Positions 21,539 to 31,346 of a stretch of 64,000 bases of DNA are shown here, piece by piece. Each line of letters begins with the position of its first letter. Position 1 is the first letter of the stretch. The notes below the pieces were generated by a model. The model ran no database searches. It saw nothing but the letters and a program-made list of their open reading frames with translations, and was not told where the DNA came from. The DNA is from Bacteroidales bacterium (lineage in GTDB: Bacteria > Bacteroidota > Bacteroidia > Bacteroidales > UBA1402): assembly GCA_017468435.1 (NCBI GenBank), contig JAFUIP010000007.1, forward strand, positions 33,762 to 97,761, given 5' to 3'. The position numbers were made by a program, and so were the translations under genes.

Positions 21539-23827
21539 ATGAAACGACTGATGATCATTCTTATGGCGGCTTTGTTGCTACAGGCTTGTAGCAGCGTGAA
21601 GTACGTGCCCGAGGATGAGCATCTTCTTCGCAAAACCACCATCAAGGTAGACAATCCGCAAGTGTCGAAATCGAATTTGAGTACACAGTTGCGACAAACG
21701 CCCAATCATCGCTTCATGGGTCTGATAGCTTTGGAGTTGGGTTTGTACAATCTCTCCGGACAAGACACAAGCAAATGGGTCAATCGTATTTTGCGCAAGG
21801 TGGGCGAAGCTCCTGTCATCTACGACCAATCGCAATCGTATCGTTCTTTGCGTGCCATGGAGCAATCGCTTTTCAATCAGGGCTATTTCAACGCAGAAGT
21901 TTCTTTGAAAGAGGATTTTATGCCCGAACGAAAGGTGAAGACCCGCTACGACGTGAAAGCCGGCGATTTATATAAGGTAAAGTCGTATGAATTCAATTCG
22001 CAAGGTTCCTCGCTCGATTCTCTTTTGCAGGCTTCAATGAAGCAATCTTTGATAAAAAAGGGTAAGGCTTTCAGCAGTGAAGAATTGAACAACGAAAGAA
22101 GCCGCTTGGTGAGCGTGGCCCGGAATCAAGGATATTATGCCATCAACAGAGATCATTTGGGCTATTTGGTCGATAGTACCGTGGGTAATCATCAGGTGGA
22201 CATCGATTTGCAATTAAAGCCCTACACTCGCATCGTTACCGACGAAGTGCGTTACGAAGAGCATCATGTATATAGCATAGGCGATGTGTATTTCTTGCTT
22301 GATGTGCCCACTTCTGCTTTCTCGCGTACTGAGAACAAGTTTATGCTTTCCGACTACGACACCTTGCAAGTGGATGGTTATTACGTGGTTTACCGCAACA
22401 AGCCTTTCTTGAATCCGCGTGCGCTCATTCATGCTACCAATATCGAACCCCAGAGCATTTATTGTGCCAATGACGTGACCCGCACGTATGCCGGCCTGAA
22501 TAGAATAGAGTGTCTGAAATACGTGAATATCAGATTTGTAAACGATAAAGAAGATCCGCATTCTTTGGATACCTATATTGTTTTGTCGCCCAATAAAGAC
22601 AATATTTTTTCTCTCGATGTAGAAGGTACCAACACTGCCGGAGACCTTGGCGGTGCTTTGACGTTTTCTTATATCCAACAGAATATCTTTAAGGGAGGAG
22701 AAGTTTTCAATGCCAATGTCCGCGGGGCTTACGAGGCTTTGTCGGCCAGTCTGCAAAACGATTATTGGGAATATGGCGGCGAAGTTTCTCTGACGCTTCC
22801 TAAACTTGCCATGCCCTTTGTCGGTAAAAGCAAGAATCGTTCGGCTGCTACCACGGCTTTCAATTTGAGTTACGATAACCTTCAGCGTCCGGAGTTTCTG
22901 CGCACCACTATGTCGGCGGCCATGAGTTATTCTTGGCAGAATGCCTACGCGCGTCACACCTTCAATCCTTTGGATTTTGCGTACACCTACATGCCGCGCA
23001 TCGATTCTACTTTTGAGGCCAATTACATGAAGGAAGGTTCATACCTCAAATACAGCTACGAAGACCAGTTTATCGTGCATACGGCCTACAATTTTTCGTA
23101 TTCCAGTGTGCCTTCCGGTATAGATCAGAAGAATCGTCATTATTATACTTTGCGTGCCAATGCGGAAGCCGGCGGTAATTTGTTGTATTTGGCTTACAAA
23201 CAGTTCGGAACGCCCAACGAAGATGGTCAATATACTATCGGGAATATTCCATTCTCACAATATCTGAAAGGTGAATTCGAAGTGACGGAACATATTCCTT
23301 TCTCTGAAAACCTGCGTTTGGCATATCGTTTGGGTGTGGGTGTCGCTTATCCTTATGGCAATTCCAAGATTCTGCCTTTTGAAAAGCGTTTCTATTCCGG
23401 TGGTGCCAACTCTGTGCGCGGATGGTCGGTGAGAAAATTGGGTCCCGGTACTTTCAAAAGCGATTTGCGGGGTATAGATTTTATGAACCAGTCGGGCGAT
23501 GTGAAACTCGATATGAGCGTGGAACTGCGTCAGAAATGGTTCTGGCTGCTCGAGGGCGCATACTTTATCGATGCTGGTAATATTTGGACCCTGCACGAAT
23601 ACGACAACCAGCCGGGCGGACAATTCCGTTTCGATCGTTTCTACAAGGAAATAGCTTGCAGTGTCGGCATGGGCGTGCGCTTGAACTTCAATGTTATTCT
23701 GGTGCGCTTTGATATGGGTATGAAAGTGTACGACCCAAGCGGCCTTACAAATCAAGACCGTTGGCGCCTTCGTCAGATAGACAGCGACGACTTTGCTTGG
23801 CATTTTGCCATCGGCTATCCTTTCTGA
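21539..23827 (+). CDS. BamA/TamA-family (surface antigen D15) outer-membrane protein
   Basis: Lipoprotein-like signal 'LLLQACSS', 'RFYSGGANSVRGW' and a terminal beta-signal '...FAIGYPF'. Confidence 0.75.
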   Translation: MKRLMIILMAALLLQACSSVKYVPEDEHLLRKTTIKVDNPQVSKSNLSTQLRQTPNHRFMGLIALELGLYNLSGQDTSKWVNRILRKVGEAPVIYDQSQSYRSLRAMEQSLFNQGYFNAEVSLKEDFMPERKVKTRYDVKAGDLYKVKSYEFNSQGSSLDSLLQASMKQSLIKKGKAFSSEELNNERSRLVSVARNQGYYAINRDHLGYLVDSTVGNHQVDIDLQLKPYTRIVTDEVRYEEHHVYSIGDVYFLLDVPTSAFSRTENKFMLSDYDTLQVDGYYVVYRNKPFLNPRALIHATNIEPQSIYCANDVTRTYAGLNRIECLKYVNIRFVNDKEDPHSLDTYIVLSPNKDNIFSLDVEGTNTAGDLGGALTFSYIQQNIFKGGEVFNANVRGAYEALSASLQNDYWEYGGEVSLTLPKLAMPFVGKSKNRSAATTAFNLSYDNLQRPEFLRTTMSAAMSYSWQNAYARHTFNPLDFAYTYMPRIDSTFEANYMKEGSYLKYSYEDQFIVHTAYNFSYSSVPSGIDQKNRHYYTLRANAEAGGNLLYLAYKQFGTPNEDGQYTIGNIPFSQYLKGEFEVTEHIPFSENLRLAYRLGVGVAYPYGNSKILPFEKRFYSGGANSVRGWSVRKLGPGTFKSDLRGIDFMNQSGDVKLDMSVELRQKWFWLLEGAYFIDAGNIWTLHEYDNQPGGQFRFDRFYKEIACSVGMGVRLNFNVILVRFDMGMKVYDPSGLTNQDRWRLRQIDSDDFAWHFAIGYPF

Positions 23828-23839
23828 TGATGCTAAAGA

Positions 23840-25765
23840 TTATCCTTCGTATTCTTCGATGAGCTTCAACAAGGTAGGCAGAGCTTCTTCTTCCGGAATA
23901 TTCTTCTTGATACAGGTTTGAGCTTTGTACAGACTTACTTTGCCGCGTCCGGCGCCCACATAACCATAATCGGCATCAGCCATTTCGCCGGGCCCGTTCA
24001 CGATACATCCCATGATGGCGATTTTCAGGCCTTTCAGATGAGCCGTTCCGGCCTTCACATGTGCGATGGTTTTCTGTAAGTTGAACAGCGTGCGTCCGCA
24101 ACTGGGACAAGAAATGTACTCCGTGCGTGAGATTCTCAGTCGGGCCGCCTGCAAAATGGCCAACATGGTGCTGATATTTTCCTGAAGGCTTTGCTGTGGA
24201 GACGAAATGAAAAGACCGTCGCCAAAACCATCCAGAAGCAAGGCGCCTGCGTCGGCTGCCGCAAATAGCTGTAAGTCTTCCAATTGACTCACCTGATAAT
24301 CGGCTTTCAAAACCACAGGACAAAGGCAATCTTCTTGCATCAGACGATGGAAAGCGGCGCGCATTTCGCCCACCGGATTCTGATGATGGCTTTCCAGTAG
24401 CAACACGATGTTTGCCTTTGCTTTAAGGTAATCGATTAATTTTTCGTCGATGTCGCTGTATTGCGCTTGCAGGAAACAAACTTCGGCCCGGCATTGCAAG
24501 AGCTTTTGCCAATCTTCCTCGCTTTGGAGTTGACGAGCTTGGAACAGCGGGAAAATGTCTTTGTGAACTTCGTGATGGGCGGCTTGGGCCAAATAAGTCT
24601 GCGCATCGCAGATATAGCGCTTGACATTTGTCTGTTCGTTAGCCTCTTGTTGCTCGTTGACAGTCGTATCGGGCCACTGATTGCCAAGGTAGTAGAAATC
24701 GGCAGTCAAATCGTTTGGGAGAGTCGATTCCTGGAAAGTATTTGTGGTGCAACTGTTTGCTGCAAGTTCTTTGCGAAGGTCGGCAATGACGATAGGAACC
24801 TGTCCGCCGCCTATTAGGCCAGCTTTGTGGCTTTCGCGTCTTTGGAAACGAAATGGATTGAAATCCTGGAATGTTTGTGCCTGAATGAGAGGATGATCGG
24901 CTCTTTTTTCAACATAGTCGCGCAACTTGCGGGCCACGGGAATCTCTACTTGCGGATCTTCGCTCAGGCTCACGCGGATGGTGTCGCCAATGCCGTCGGC
25001 CAACAAGGCTCCTATGCCCACTGCCGATTTGATGCGGCCGTCTTCGCCGTCACCGGCTTCCGTCACGCCCAGGTGAAGCGGGAAATGCATGTCTTCCTTG
25101 TCCATTTCTTGCACCAAAAGGCGCACCGTCTGCACCATTACCAAAGTGTTGGAAGCCTTGATGGAAATGACCACGTTGAAAAATTGTTCTTCGATGCAGA
25201 TGCGCAGGTATTCCATGCACGATGCCACCATGCCTTCGGGAGTGTCGCCGTGACGGTCCATCATGCGGGCCGAGAGCGAGCCGTGGTTCACACCGATGCG
25301 GATGGCGGTCTGATGTGCTTTGCAAAGATTTAGGAAAGGCACGAAACGCGCACGGATGGCCGCTTGCACCTCTTCTTCGCTCTTGACGCCGGCAGGCATG
25401 GGGTCGGCAAAATTACCCGGATTGATGCGCACTTTTTCCACATAGTGTGCTGCTGCCTCGGCGGCCTTAGGGTTAAAATGAATGTCGGCCACCAAGGGCG
25501 TTTCAATACCTTTTTCGCGCAATCCGCAGCGGATGTTGGCCAAGTTTTCGGCTTCCTTCACACCTTGCGCAGTCAGACGAACCAGTTCGCCACCGGCCTG
25601 AATGATATCCTGCGATTGTCGGATGCTGGCCTCGGTGTCGAGCGTAGAAGTATTGGTCATCGATTGCAGGCGCACAGGACAATTTCCGCCCAAACGGAGC
25701 GAGCCGATGCGCACTTCATTGCTTTGGCGGCGTCGGTAATTGAAATAATCTTTGCAATAAGACAT
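23840..25765 (-). CDS. ispG: 4-hydroxy-3-methylbut-2-enyl diphosphate synthase, long form with inserted domain
   Basis: 'RINPGN', 'IRIGVNHGSL', 'LGVTEAGDG' and the C-terminal cluster 'SCPSCGRT...MGCIVNGPGE'. Confidence 0.9.
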   Translation of the reverse strand: MSYCKDYFNYRRRQSNEVRIGSLRLGGNCPVRLQSMTNTSTLDTEASIRQSQDIIQAGGELVRLTAQGVKEAENLANIRCGLREKGIETPLVADIHFNPKAAEAAAHYVEKVRINPGNFADPMPAGVKSEEEVQAAIRARFVPFLNLCKAHQTAIRIGVNHGSLSARMMDRHGDTPEGMVASCMEYLRICIEEQFFNVVISIKASNTLVMVQTVRLLVQEMDKEDMHFPLHLGVTEAGDGEDGRIKSAVGIGALLADGIGDTIRVSLSEDPQVEIPVARKLRDYVEKRADHPLIQAQTFQDFNPFRFQRRESHKAGLIGGGQVPIVIADLRKELAANSCTTNTFQESTLPNDLTADFYYLGNQWPDTTVNEQQEANEQTNVKRYICDAQTYLAQAAHHEVHKDIFPLFQARQLQSEEDWQKLLQCRAEVCFLQAQYSDIDEKLIDYLKAKANIVLLLESHHQNPVGEMRAAFHRLMQEDCLCPVVLKADYQVSQLEDLQLFAAADAGALLLDGFGDGLFISSPQQSLQENISTMLAILQAARLRISRTEYISCPSCGRTLFNLQKTIAHVKAGTAHLKGLKIAIMGCIVNGPGEMADADYGYVGAGRGKVSLYKAQTCIKKNIPEEEALPTLLKLIEEYEG

Positions 25766-25770
25766 GGGGT

Positions 25771-26274
25771 TCAGACTTTGTATTCGTAGTTGGCGGCCTG
25801 GAGTTCTTCGTCGGCCTTGACAATTTTGTTCTTCAAACCTTCTTTGTATGCGGCAAAGCGAGTTGCTAAATCTTCGTCGGCCAAAGCGAGCATTTCCACA
25901 GCCAGGATTCCGGCGTTCATGGCGCCGTTCACGGCCACGGTGGCAACGGGGATACCGGGAGGCATCTGCACGATGGCCAACAATGCGTCCATGCCGCTCA
26001 ATGTGGCAGAGATGGGCACACCGATAACAGGAAGTGTAGTATTGGCAGCAATGACACCGGGCAAGGCAGCAGCCATTCCGGCACCGGCAATAATCACCTT
26101 GATGCCACGGCCGGCAGCTTCTTTGGCAAATGTTTCCACTTCGGCCGGCGTGCGATGAGCCGATAAGGCATGCATTTCAAAAGGAATCTTGAATTCGTTG
26201 AGCAGCTTGGCTGCTTTTTCCATGATGGGCAAATCGGAGGTGCTGCCCATGATAATGCTGACGAGCGCTTTCAT
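25771..26274 (-). CDS. purE: 5-(carboxyamino)imidazole ribonucleotide mutase
   Basis: 'IIMGSTSDLPIM', 'SAHRTP', 'IIAGAGMAAALPGV' and 'PVIGVP'. Confidence 0.95.
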   Translation of the reverse strand: MKALVSIIMGSTSDLPIMEKAAKLLNEFKIPFEMHALSAHRTPAEVETFAKEAAGRGIKVIIAGAGMAAALPGVIAANTTLPVIGVPISATLSGMDALLAIVQMPPGIPVATVAVNGAMNAGILAVEMLALADEDLATRFAAYKEGLKNKIVKADEELQAANYEYKV

Positions 26275-26308
26275 TGTATAATGTCTTAATTTATAGAATC
26301 AAAGTAAT

Positions 26309-26689
26309 TTATTGAATCAGAGTGGCATAAGCCTGAGCGTCCATCAAACCTTCGGTGATGTTTTCTCTTTGGGTAAGCTTTATTTGTATCATCCACCCCT
26401 TGCCGTAAGGATCTTCGTTGACAAACTGCGGATTCTCTTCCAAATCTTCGTTTTTGGCAATGATTTCGCCTTCGAAGGGCATGAACAAGTCGGAAACAGC
26501 TTTCACGGCTTCTACCGAACCAAACACATCGTCCTTTTGCAAGGGCGTATTCATTTCGTTCACTTCGACAAACACAATTTCACCCAATTCGTCTTGGGCA
26601 AACTCCGTGATGCCGAGCCAGGCAATATCGCCTTCTATGCGGATCCATTCGTGGTCGCGGGTATAGAACAAATTACTTGGAATATTCAT
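26309..26689 (-). CDS. gcvH: Glycine cleavage system H protein
   Basis: 'YTRDHEWI', the lipoyl-lysine motif 'VEAVKAVSDL' and 'DPYGKGWM'. Confidence 0.95.
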   Translation of the reverse strand: MNIPSNLFYTRDHEWIRIEGDIAWLGITEFAQDELGEIVFVEVNEMNTPLQKDDVFGSVEAVKAVSDLFMPFEGEIIAKNEDLEENPQFVNEDPYGKGWMIQIKLTQRENITEGLMDAQAYATLIQ

Positions 26690-26694
26690 GATGT

Positions 26695-28185
26695 TTACTG
26701 ATTTGAACGTTGTCGAGCTGTGGGAATATGCAATTGTTCGCGGTATTTGGCCACCGTGCGTCGGGCAATTCTGTAGCCTTTTTCCTGCAAGAGTTTTACC
26801 AAGGCGTCGTCGGTGAGAGCATGGCTTTTATCTTCAGCTTCAATGAGTTCCTGCATGATACTTTTTATTTCGCGCACCGAAACTTCTTCGCCGTCGGTGG
26901 TTTGCATAGATTCTGAGAAAAAGAATTTCAGCGGGAATATGCCGAATTCGCTCTGTACATATTTGCTGTTGCTCACGCGCGAAATGGTAGAAATATCCAT
27001 GCCCGTGTCGGCCGCCACATCTTTCAGTCGCATGGGTCTCAGTTTTTTCTCTTCTCCGCTCAAAAAGAAGGCTTCCTGTCTGTATAGAATGGCCTGCATG
27101 GTGCTGAGCAAGGTGTTCTGTCGTTGTCTGATGGCATTAATGAACCAGGTGGCCGATTCCACTTTTTGCTTGGCAAAGGCAATGGCATCTTTTTGGTCGC
27201 GGCTGATGTTCTTCGACTGTTTCCCGCTGCGAATCAAATCCTTATAGTATCTGCTCACATGCAAATCCGGTAGGTTGGTATCGTTGAGGCTGACGCTGAG
27301 TTTGCCATCGCTGTTGTCTACCAAGAAGTCGGGAGTGATGGCTCGACCGGTTTCGTTCATCAAAGAGCTTTCCCAGTCGTTGCCCGGCTTGGGATTGAGT
27401 TTGCTGATGGTCTTTTTTACGGCATTCATTTCGCTTTCGCTGATGCCCCAGTCCTGGCAGATTTTCTGAATCTTCATGGCCGAGAAATCCTCGAAATAAT
27501 TCTCTAACAGATGAATAGCTTGTTGTACTTCCTTGGTGGGATTCTTGCGTTGCAATTGCAAAAGCAGACATTCTTTCAGGTTGCGCGCAGCAATGCCGGC
27601 CGGTTCAAAACCTTGAATCATTGTCAGCACTTCTTCCATCTGTTCTTCATCCACATCGAGCGAGCGGTGAAAAGACAATTGGTCGGCGATGGTTTCCAAC
27701 TGAATGCGCAGGTAGCCGTCGTCGTCGAGACAGCCTATGATGTACTCGCCAATCCAATTCTCTGTTTCTTCCAAATCGAGGTCGGAAAGTTGCTGACGCA
27801 GAAAGTCTTGCAGGCTGTCGGTCTGAACGCCCAAGAAAAACTGACCACGTTCGTTGTCGGCATTCGGATCTTTGGCTTGGGTCTCGGCATAGTCGGCGGC
27901 ACGGTCGTCGTAATCGTCCTCGTAGTCGCTGAGCGTGTTTTCCGAAGCCTTGTCGTTTTCCTCGTTTTCAGGATAATTTTCGGCCAAATCGAAATCGTCT
28001 TCTTCGTTCAGATTGTTGTCCGAAGGAATGTCTTCCCCCAGTTCCAAAGCCGGGTTGCTGTCTATTTCGCGCAAGATGCGCTCTTCCATTTCCAAAGCAG
28101 GTATTTCCAACAGTTTTATCTGCTGAATCTGCATCTGGGTGAGGCCTTGCTGTTGTTTTTGTACTTGTTGCTGTTTTAACGCCAT
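26695..28185 (-). CDS. rpoN: RNA polymerase sigma-54 factor
   Basis: Gln-rich N-terminus, an acidic region, and the C-terminal RpoN box 'ARRTVAKYREQLHIP'. Confidence 0.9.
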   Translation of the reverse strand: MALKQQQVQKQQQGLTQMQIQQIKLLEIPALEMEERILREIDSNPALELGEDIPSDNNLNEEDDFDLAENYPENEENDKASENTLSDYEDDYDDRAADYAETQAKDPNADNERGQFFLGVQTDSLQDFLRQQLSDLDLEETENWIGEYIIGCLDDDGYLRIQLETIADQLSFHRSLDVDEEQMEEVLTMIQGFEPAGIAARNLKECLLLQLQRKNPTKEVQQAIHLLENYFEDFSAMKIQKICQDWGISESEMNAVKKTISKLNPKPGNDWESSLMNETGRAITPDFLVDNSDGKLSVSLNDTNLPDLHVSRYYKDLIRSGKQSKNISRDQKDAIAFAKQKVESATWFINAIRQRQNTLLSTMQAILYRQEAFFLSGEEKKLRPMRLKDVAADTGMDISTISRVSNSKYVQSEFGIFPLKFFFSESMQTTDGEEVSVREIKSIMQELIEAEDKSHALTDDALVKLLQEKGYRIARRTVAKYREQLHIPTARQRSNQ

Positions 28186-28230
28186 TTCTGTCGCTTTTTG
28201 AGTAATACCGCTAAAATTCGGAGCGCAAAA

Positions 28231-29913
28231 TTAATAATTAAAAGAGCTACCGCCAACAAATTCTCTCAGCAGAGAAGTGGGTGGAATTTCGTTGTCGGCC
28301 ACCGTGGCAATGTAATCCAAGAAACGCAGCAGACGGTTGGCCTCGGCATATTCCGGGCAATTCTGTGGCACGCTGCGCAAAACCGGTTCGGCATAACGTT
28401 TCAGCACCAGCAGTTCGAAAGACAAGGCAGAGTTGAAGAAAACATCGGCATTTTCCTGATAGGGGAAAATCCATTTGTCTTCTCCGGCGCGCACGCTTTT
28501 CCATCGGGCAATGGTGCTTCGGGCAGGCGTTCCACGGTATTGGGCGTCGCGTATCATGCGGCGAATGAGTCGGTTGTCGGTGGTGGCGATGCGGTTGTGA
28601 TCGTCGAGCGAAATGGATGTCAAAGCCGATACATAAATCTTGAACAATACATCGGGCGAGACCTTGGGCAATAATTCCGGATTGAGAGCGTGGATGCCTT
28701 CCAGGATAAGTGCCTGATTATCTTCCAAATGAATCTTCCTCTCTTCTAAGAATTCCTTCTTTCCCAAACTGAAATCATATCGGGGCACAATGACTTCCTT
28801 CCCTTGCAATAAGTTGTTCAAATCCTGGTTGAATAAATCCAAATCGAGCGCATAGAGCGATTCGTAGTCGTAGTCTCCCTTGTCGTCGAGCGGAGTCTGT
28901 TCGCGTTCCAGGAAATAATCGTCGAGCGAGATGGCGATAGGCTTGATGCCCATCACGGCCAATTGTACCGACAGGCGCTTGCTGAAGGTGGTCTTTCCCG
29001 ACGACGAAGGCCCCGATACCAAAATGATGCGCTTGCGCTGTTTCTGCGCCAAGATCGTATCGACAATCTGAGCTACACGCTTTTCCTGCAAGGCTTCCGA
29101 TACCTTTATCAAGTTTTCGGCCTCGCCTCTGATGCAACTCTCGTTGATGTCGCCAATGGTGCTTTGTCCCAGCAATTCGTTCCATTGCACAAATTCCTTG
29201 AAAATGCCGAACATCTTGGGTTGAGGAATATATTCTTTCAGTTCCTGAGGATTATTCGGATCGGGAACCCTAAGTAAGAAACCCTCTTTTTCACCGGGAT
29301 ATGGCTCTATGTCGAAAGTCGTGATGCGCTTGGTGCTGTAAGCCAATGGGCCATAGAAATGGTCTATATGTTCGCCCATCCGCGTGTAATGCGTATATAA
29401 ATGTCCGTAGCTGTTTAGCAGTTTTACCAAGTCTTGGCGGCCTTTTTCGCGGAATAGTTCGATGACCGTCGTCGTTTCCTCTTCTACCTGCTGAATGGGG
29501 ATGTCTGCGGCAGCAAGTTCGTGAACCCTTTTTTTGATGGCTTCCAAATCGTCGGCAGAAACCTTTTTGTTCAAATGCAGGTGACAGAAAAAACCATTCG
29601 ATACGGAATGCTCTATGCAGAAGCGCCCTTGCGGATACAATTCGTTCACGGCAGCCCCAAGGAGAAAGGTTAAGGTTCTGGTGTACACGCGCATGCCTTC
29701 TTGTCGGTCTATATCGATGAATTCCACTTGCGATGGATGATAAATTTCTGTGCCGAGATTTTCTGCTTTGTAATTGACCAAGGCGGCGATAGGTTCGAAA
29801 GACAAAAGCCCTTCTTCTCTTAATATCTCACTCATTTCGAACAAAGAAACACCGACAGGAAATAAGCGGCTTTGTCCGATGTTGCTGCAATTGATTTTGA
29901 TGGTTTTAGACAT
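28231..29913 (-). CDS. Uridine/nucleoside kinase-like P-loop protein with an N-terminal extension
   Basis: 'ILVSGPSSSGKTTFSKRL' P-loop plus 'DYESLYALDLDLFN' and 'ILEGIHALNP', typical of the PRK/uridine kinase family. The start is taken at MSKTIKIN. Confidence 0.65.
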   Translation of the reverse strand: MSKTIKINCSNIGQSRLFPVGVSLFEMSEILREEGLLSFEPIAALVNYKAENLGTEIYHPSQVEFIDIDRQEGMRVYTRTLTFLLGAAVNELYPQGRFCIEHSVSNGFFCHLHLNKKVSADDLEAIKKRVHELAAADIPIQQVEEETTTVIELFREKGRQDLVKLLNSYGHLYTHYTRMGEHIDHFYGPLAYSTKRITTFDIEPYPGEKEGFLLRVPDPNNPQELKEYIPQPKMFGIFKEFVQWNELLGQSTIGDINESCIRGEAENLIKVSEALQEKRVAQIVDTILAQKQRKRIILVSGPSSSGKTTFSKRLSVQLAVMGIKPIAISLDDYFLEREQTPLDDKGDYDYESLYALDLDLFNQDLNNLLQGKEVIVPRYDFSLGKKEFLEERKIHLEDNQALILEGIHALNPELLPKVSPDVLFKIYVSALTSISLDDHNRIATTDNRLIRRMIRDAQYRGTPARSTIARWKSVRAGEDKWIFPYQENADVFFNSALSFELLVLKRYAEPVLRSVPQNCPEYAEANRLLRFLDYIATVADNEIPPTSLLREFVGGSSFNY

Positions 29914-29969
29914 GATTCTAATATTTGTTAACGAAGCCACTAAAATAGTACTAATTTCCATTCTTTTTG

Positions 29970-29977
29970 TACCTTTG
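29970..29977 (+). promoter_or_regulatory. -7 promoter box (TACCTTTG) for the FKBP lipoprotein gene
   Basis: Exact TAnnTTTG match, 47 nt upstream of the ATG at 30024. Confidence 0.45.
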
Positions 29978-30023
29978 CGAAGTTTTTACGACATAATTAA
30001 CGACATTTTAATATTTACACACA

Positions 30024-30776
30024 ATGAAAAAATCTCTTTTTACCGTAGTGGCCATCCTTGGTTTGGCCGTTTCCAGCTTGGTATTGACCTCTTGTGGCGC
30101 AAAGGCTACAGAAGGTGAAAACGCCGAAGCTCCCGCACAGAAAGTAGTTAAAGCAAAATCCATCGGCAGTCTCGAAGATTCTTTGAGCTATGCATACGGT
30201 GTAGGTTTGGGCGACAATCTTCGTCAGAATTTCGAACAAATGCCCGTAGATTTGAATCTCGACATGTTCTTGAAGGCTTTCGAACAGACTTTGAAAGGAC
30301 AGGATGGCAAGTTGCGTATCAAGCCCGAAGAAGCTTATCAGGTGTTCCAGCACTGCATGATGGCTATCATGGAACAAGAAGCCCAGAACAACAAGAAAAT
30401 GGGTGCCGAATACATGGCCGAAAATGCTAAGAAAGAAGGCGTTGTTACCACCGCTTCCGGTTTGCAATACGAAATCATCACGCCTGCCGAAGGTGCCAAG
30501 CCCGTGGCCAGCGACCGCGTAAAGGTTCATTATCATGGTACTTTGCTCGACGGTACTGTTTTCGATAGCTCTATCGATCGTGGTACTCCCGCAGAATTCG
30601 GTGTTACTCAGGTTATTGCCGGTTGGCAAGAAGGTTTGCAGCTGATGAACGTAGGTTCAAAGGTTCGCTTTGTGATTCCTTCTGATTTGGCTTACGGCGA
30701 CCAAGGTGCCGGCCAGATGATTGCTCCCGGTTCAACCTTGATTTTCGAAGTTGAATTGCTCGAAATCTTGAAATAA
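30024..30776 (+). CDS. FKBP-type peptidyl-prolyl isomerase, FkpA-like lipoprotein
   Basis: Lipobox 'LVLTSC', an N-terminal dimerisation-like helix region, and the FKBP domain 'VKVHYHGTLLDGTVFDSS...GSTLIFEVELLEI'. Confidence 0.85.
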   Translation: MKKSLFTVVAILGLAVSSLVLTSCGAKATEGENAEAPAQKVVKAKSIGSLEDSLSYAYGVGLGDNLRQNFEQMPVDLNLDMFLKAFEQTLKGQDGKLRIKPEEAYQVFQHCMMAIMEQEAQNNKKMGAEYMAENAKKEGVVTTASGLQYEIITPAEGAKPVASDRVKVHYHGTLLDGTVFDSSIDRGTPAEFGVTQVIAGWQEGLQLMNVGSKVRFVIPSDLAYGDQGAGQMIAPGSTLIFEVELLEILK

Positions 30777-30798
30777 TCTTTTGAGAGACAATATTTTG

Positions 30799-30834
30799 AT
30801 AAGGGTTCTCTTTGACGGGGACCCTTATTTTTTG
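30799..30834 (+). terminator. Rho-independent terminator after the FKBP gene
   Basis: 8-bp stem ATAAGGGT ... ACCCTTAT followed by a T-run (TTTTTT). Confidence 0.65.
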
Positions 30835-30842
30835 GGAAAACT

Positions 30843-31280
30843 ATGAAGAAATTTGCATTGGCTCTTGTTACCGTCTTGAGCATGACCATGTTCTGCTCTT
30901 GCGATGGCTTGCTCCTTGGCGCCATGTTGCTGGGAGAAAGCATTATGTACGAAGACGAACCGGACTTCTCGTTTTTTGAGTGCGACGTTGATATTCAATG
31001 TATAAGCGATTCTGTTGCGCCCGACGGACAAAGACAGCATATCATGCTTTGCAGCGGTTATCTGAGCGGTTACGAAGGCGAGGTGTCTCTTGAAATCGAC
31101 AACCACGGCCTCAAGAAAGACTTTACCATGACCGGTGCCAGAATGCCCTTCTCCTTCACCTTCTTGCAGGCTGACGAGCGCCCCGGCAATCCCATCACTT
31201 ACAACATCAATGTCGGTACCGACTACAAGGGCAAACATTACGATATCATCCAGACCAGCCTTGTGGTGCTGCCGCATTGA
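30843..31280 (+). CDS. Small lipoprotein, unknown function
   Basis: Signal peptide plus lipobox 'MFCSC'. No recognisable motif. Confidence 0.45.
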   Translation: MKKFALALVTVLSMTMFCSCDGLLLGAMLLGESIMYEDEPDFSFFECDVDIQCISDSVAPDGQRQHIMLCSGYLSGYEGEVSLEIDNHGLKKDFTMTGARMPFSFTFLQADERPGNPITYNINVGTDYKGKHYDIIQTSLVVLPH

Positions 31281-31346
31281 GAGGGTTTGAAAATTTGTTT
31301 TTGAAGAGGCATCTCCTTATCTTCGCGCACAAAATAAAGTTTCCCG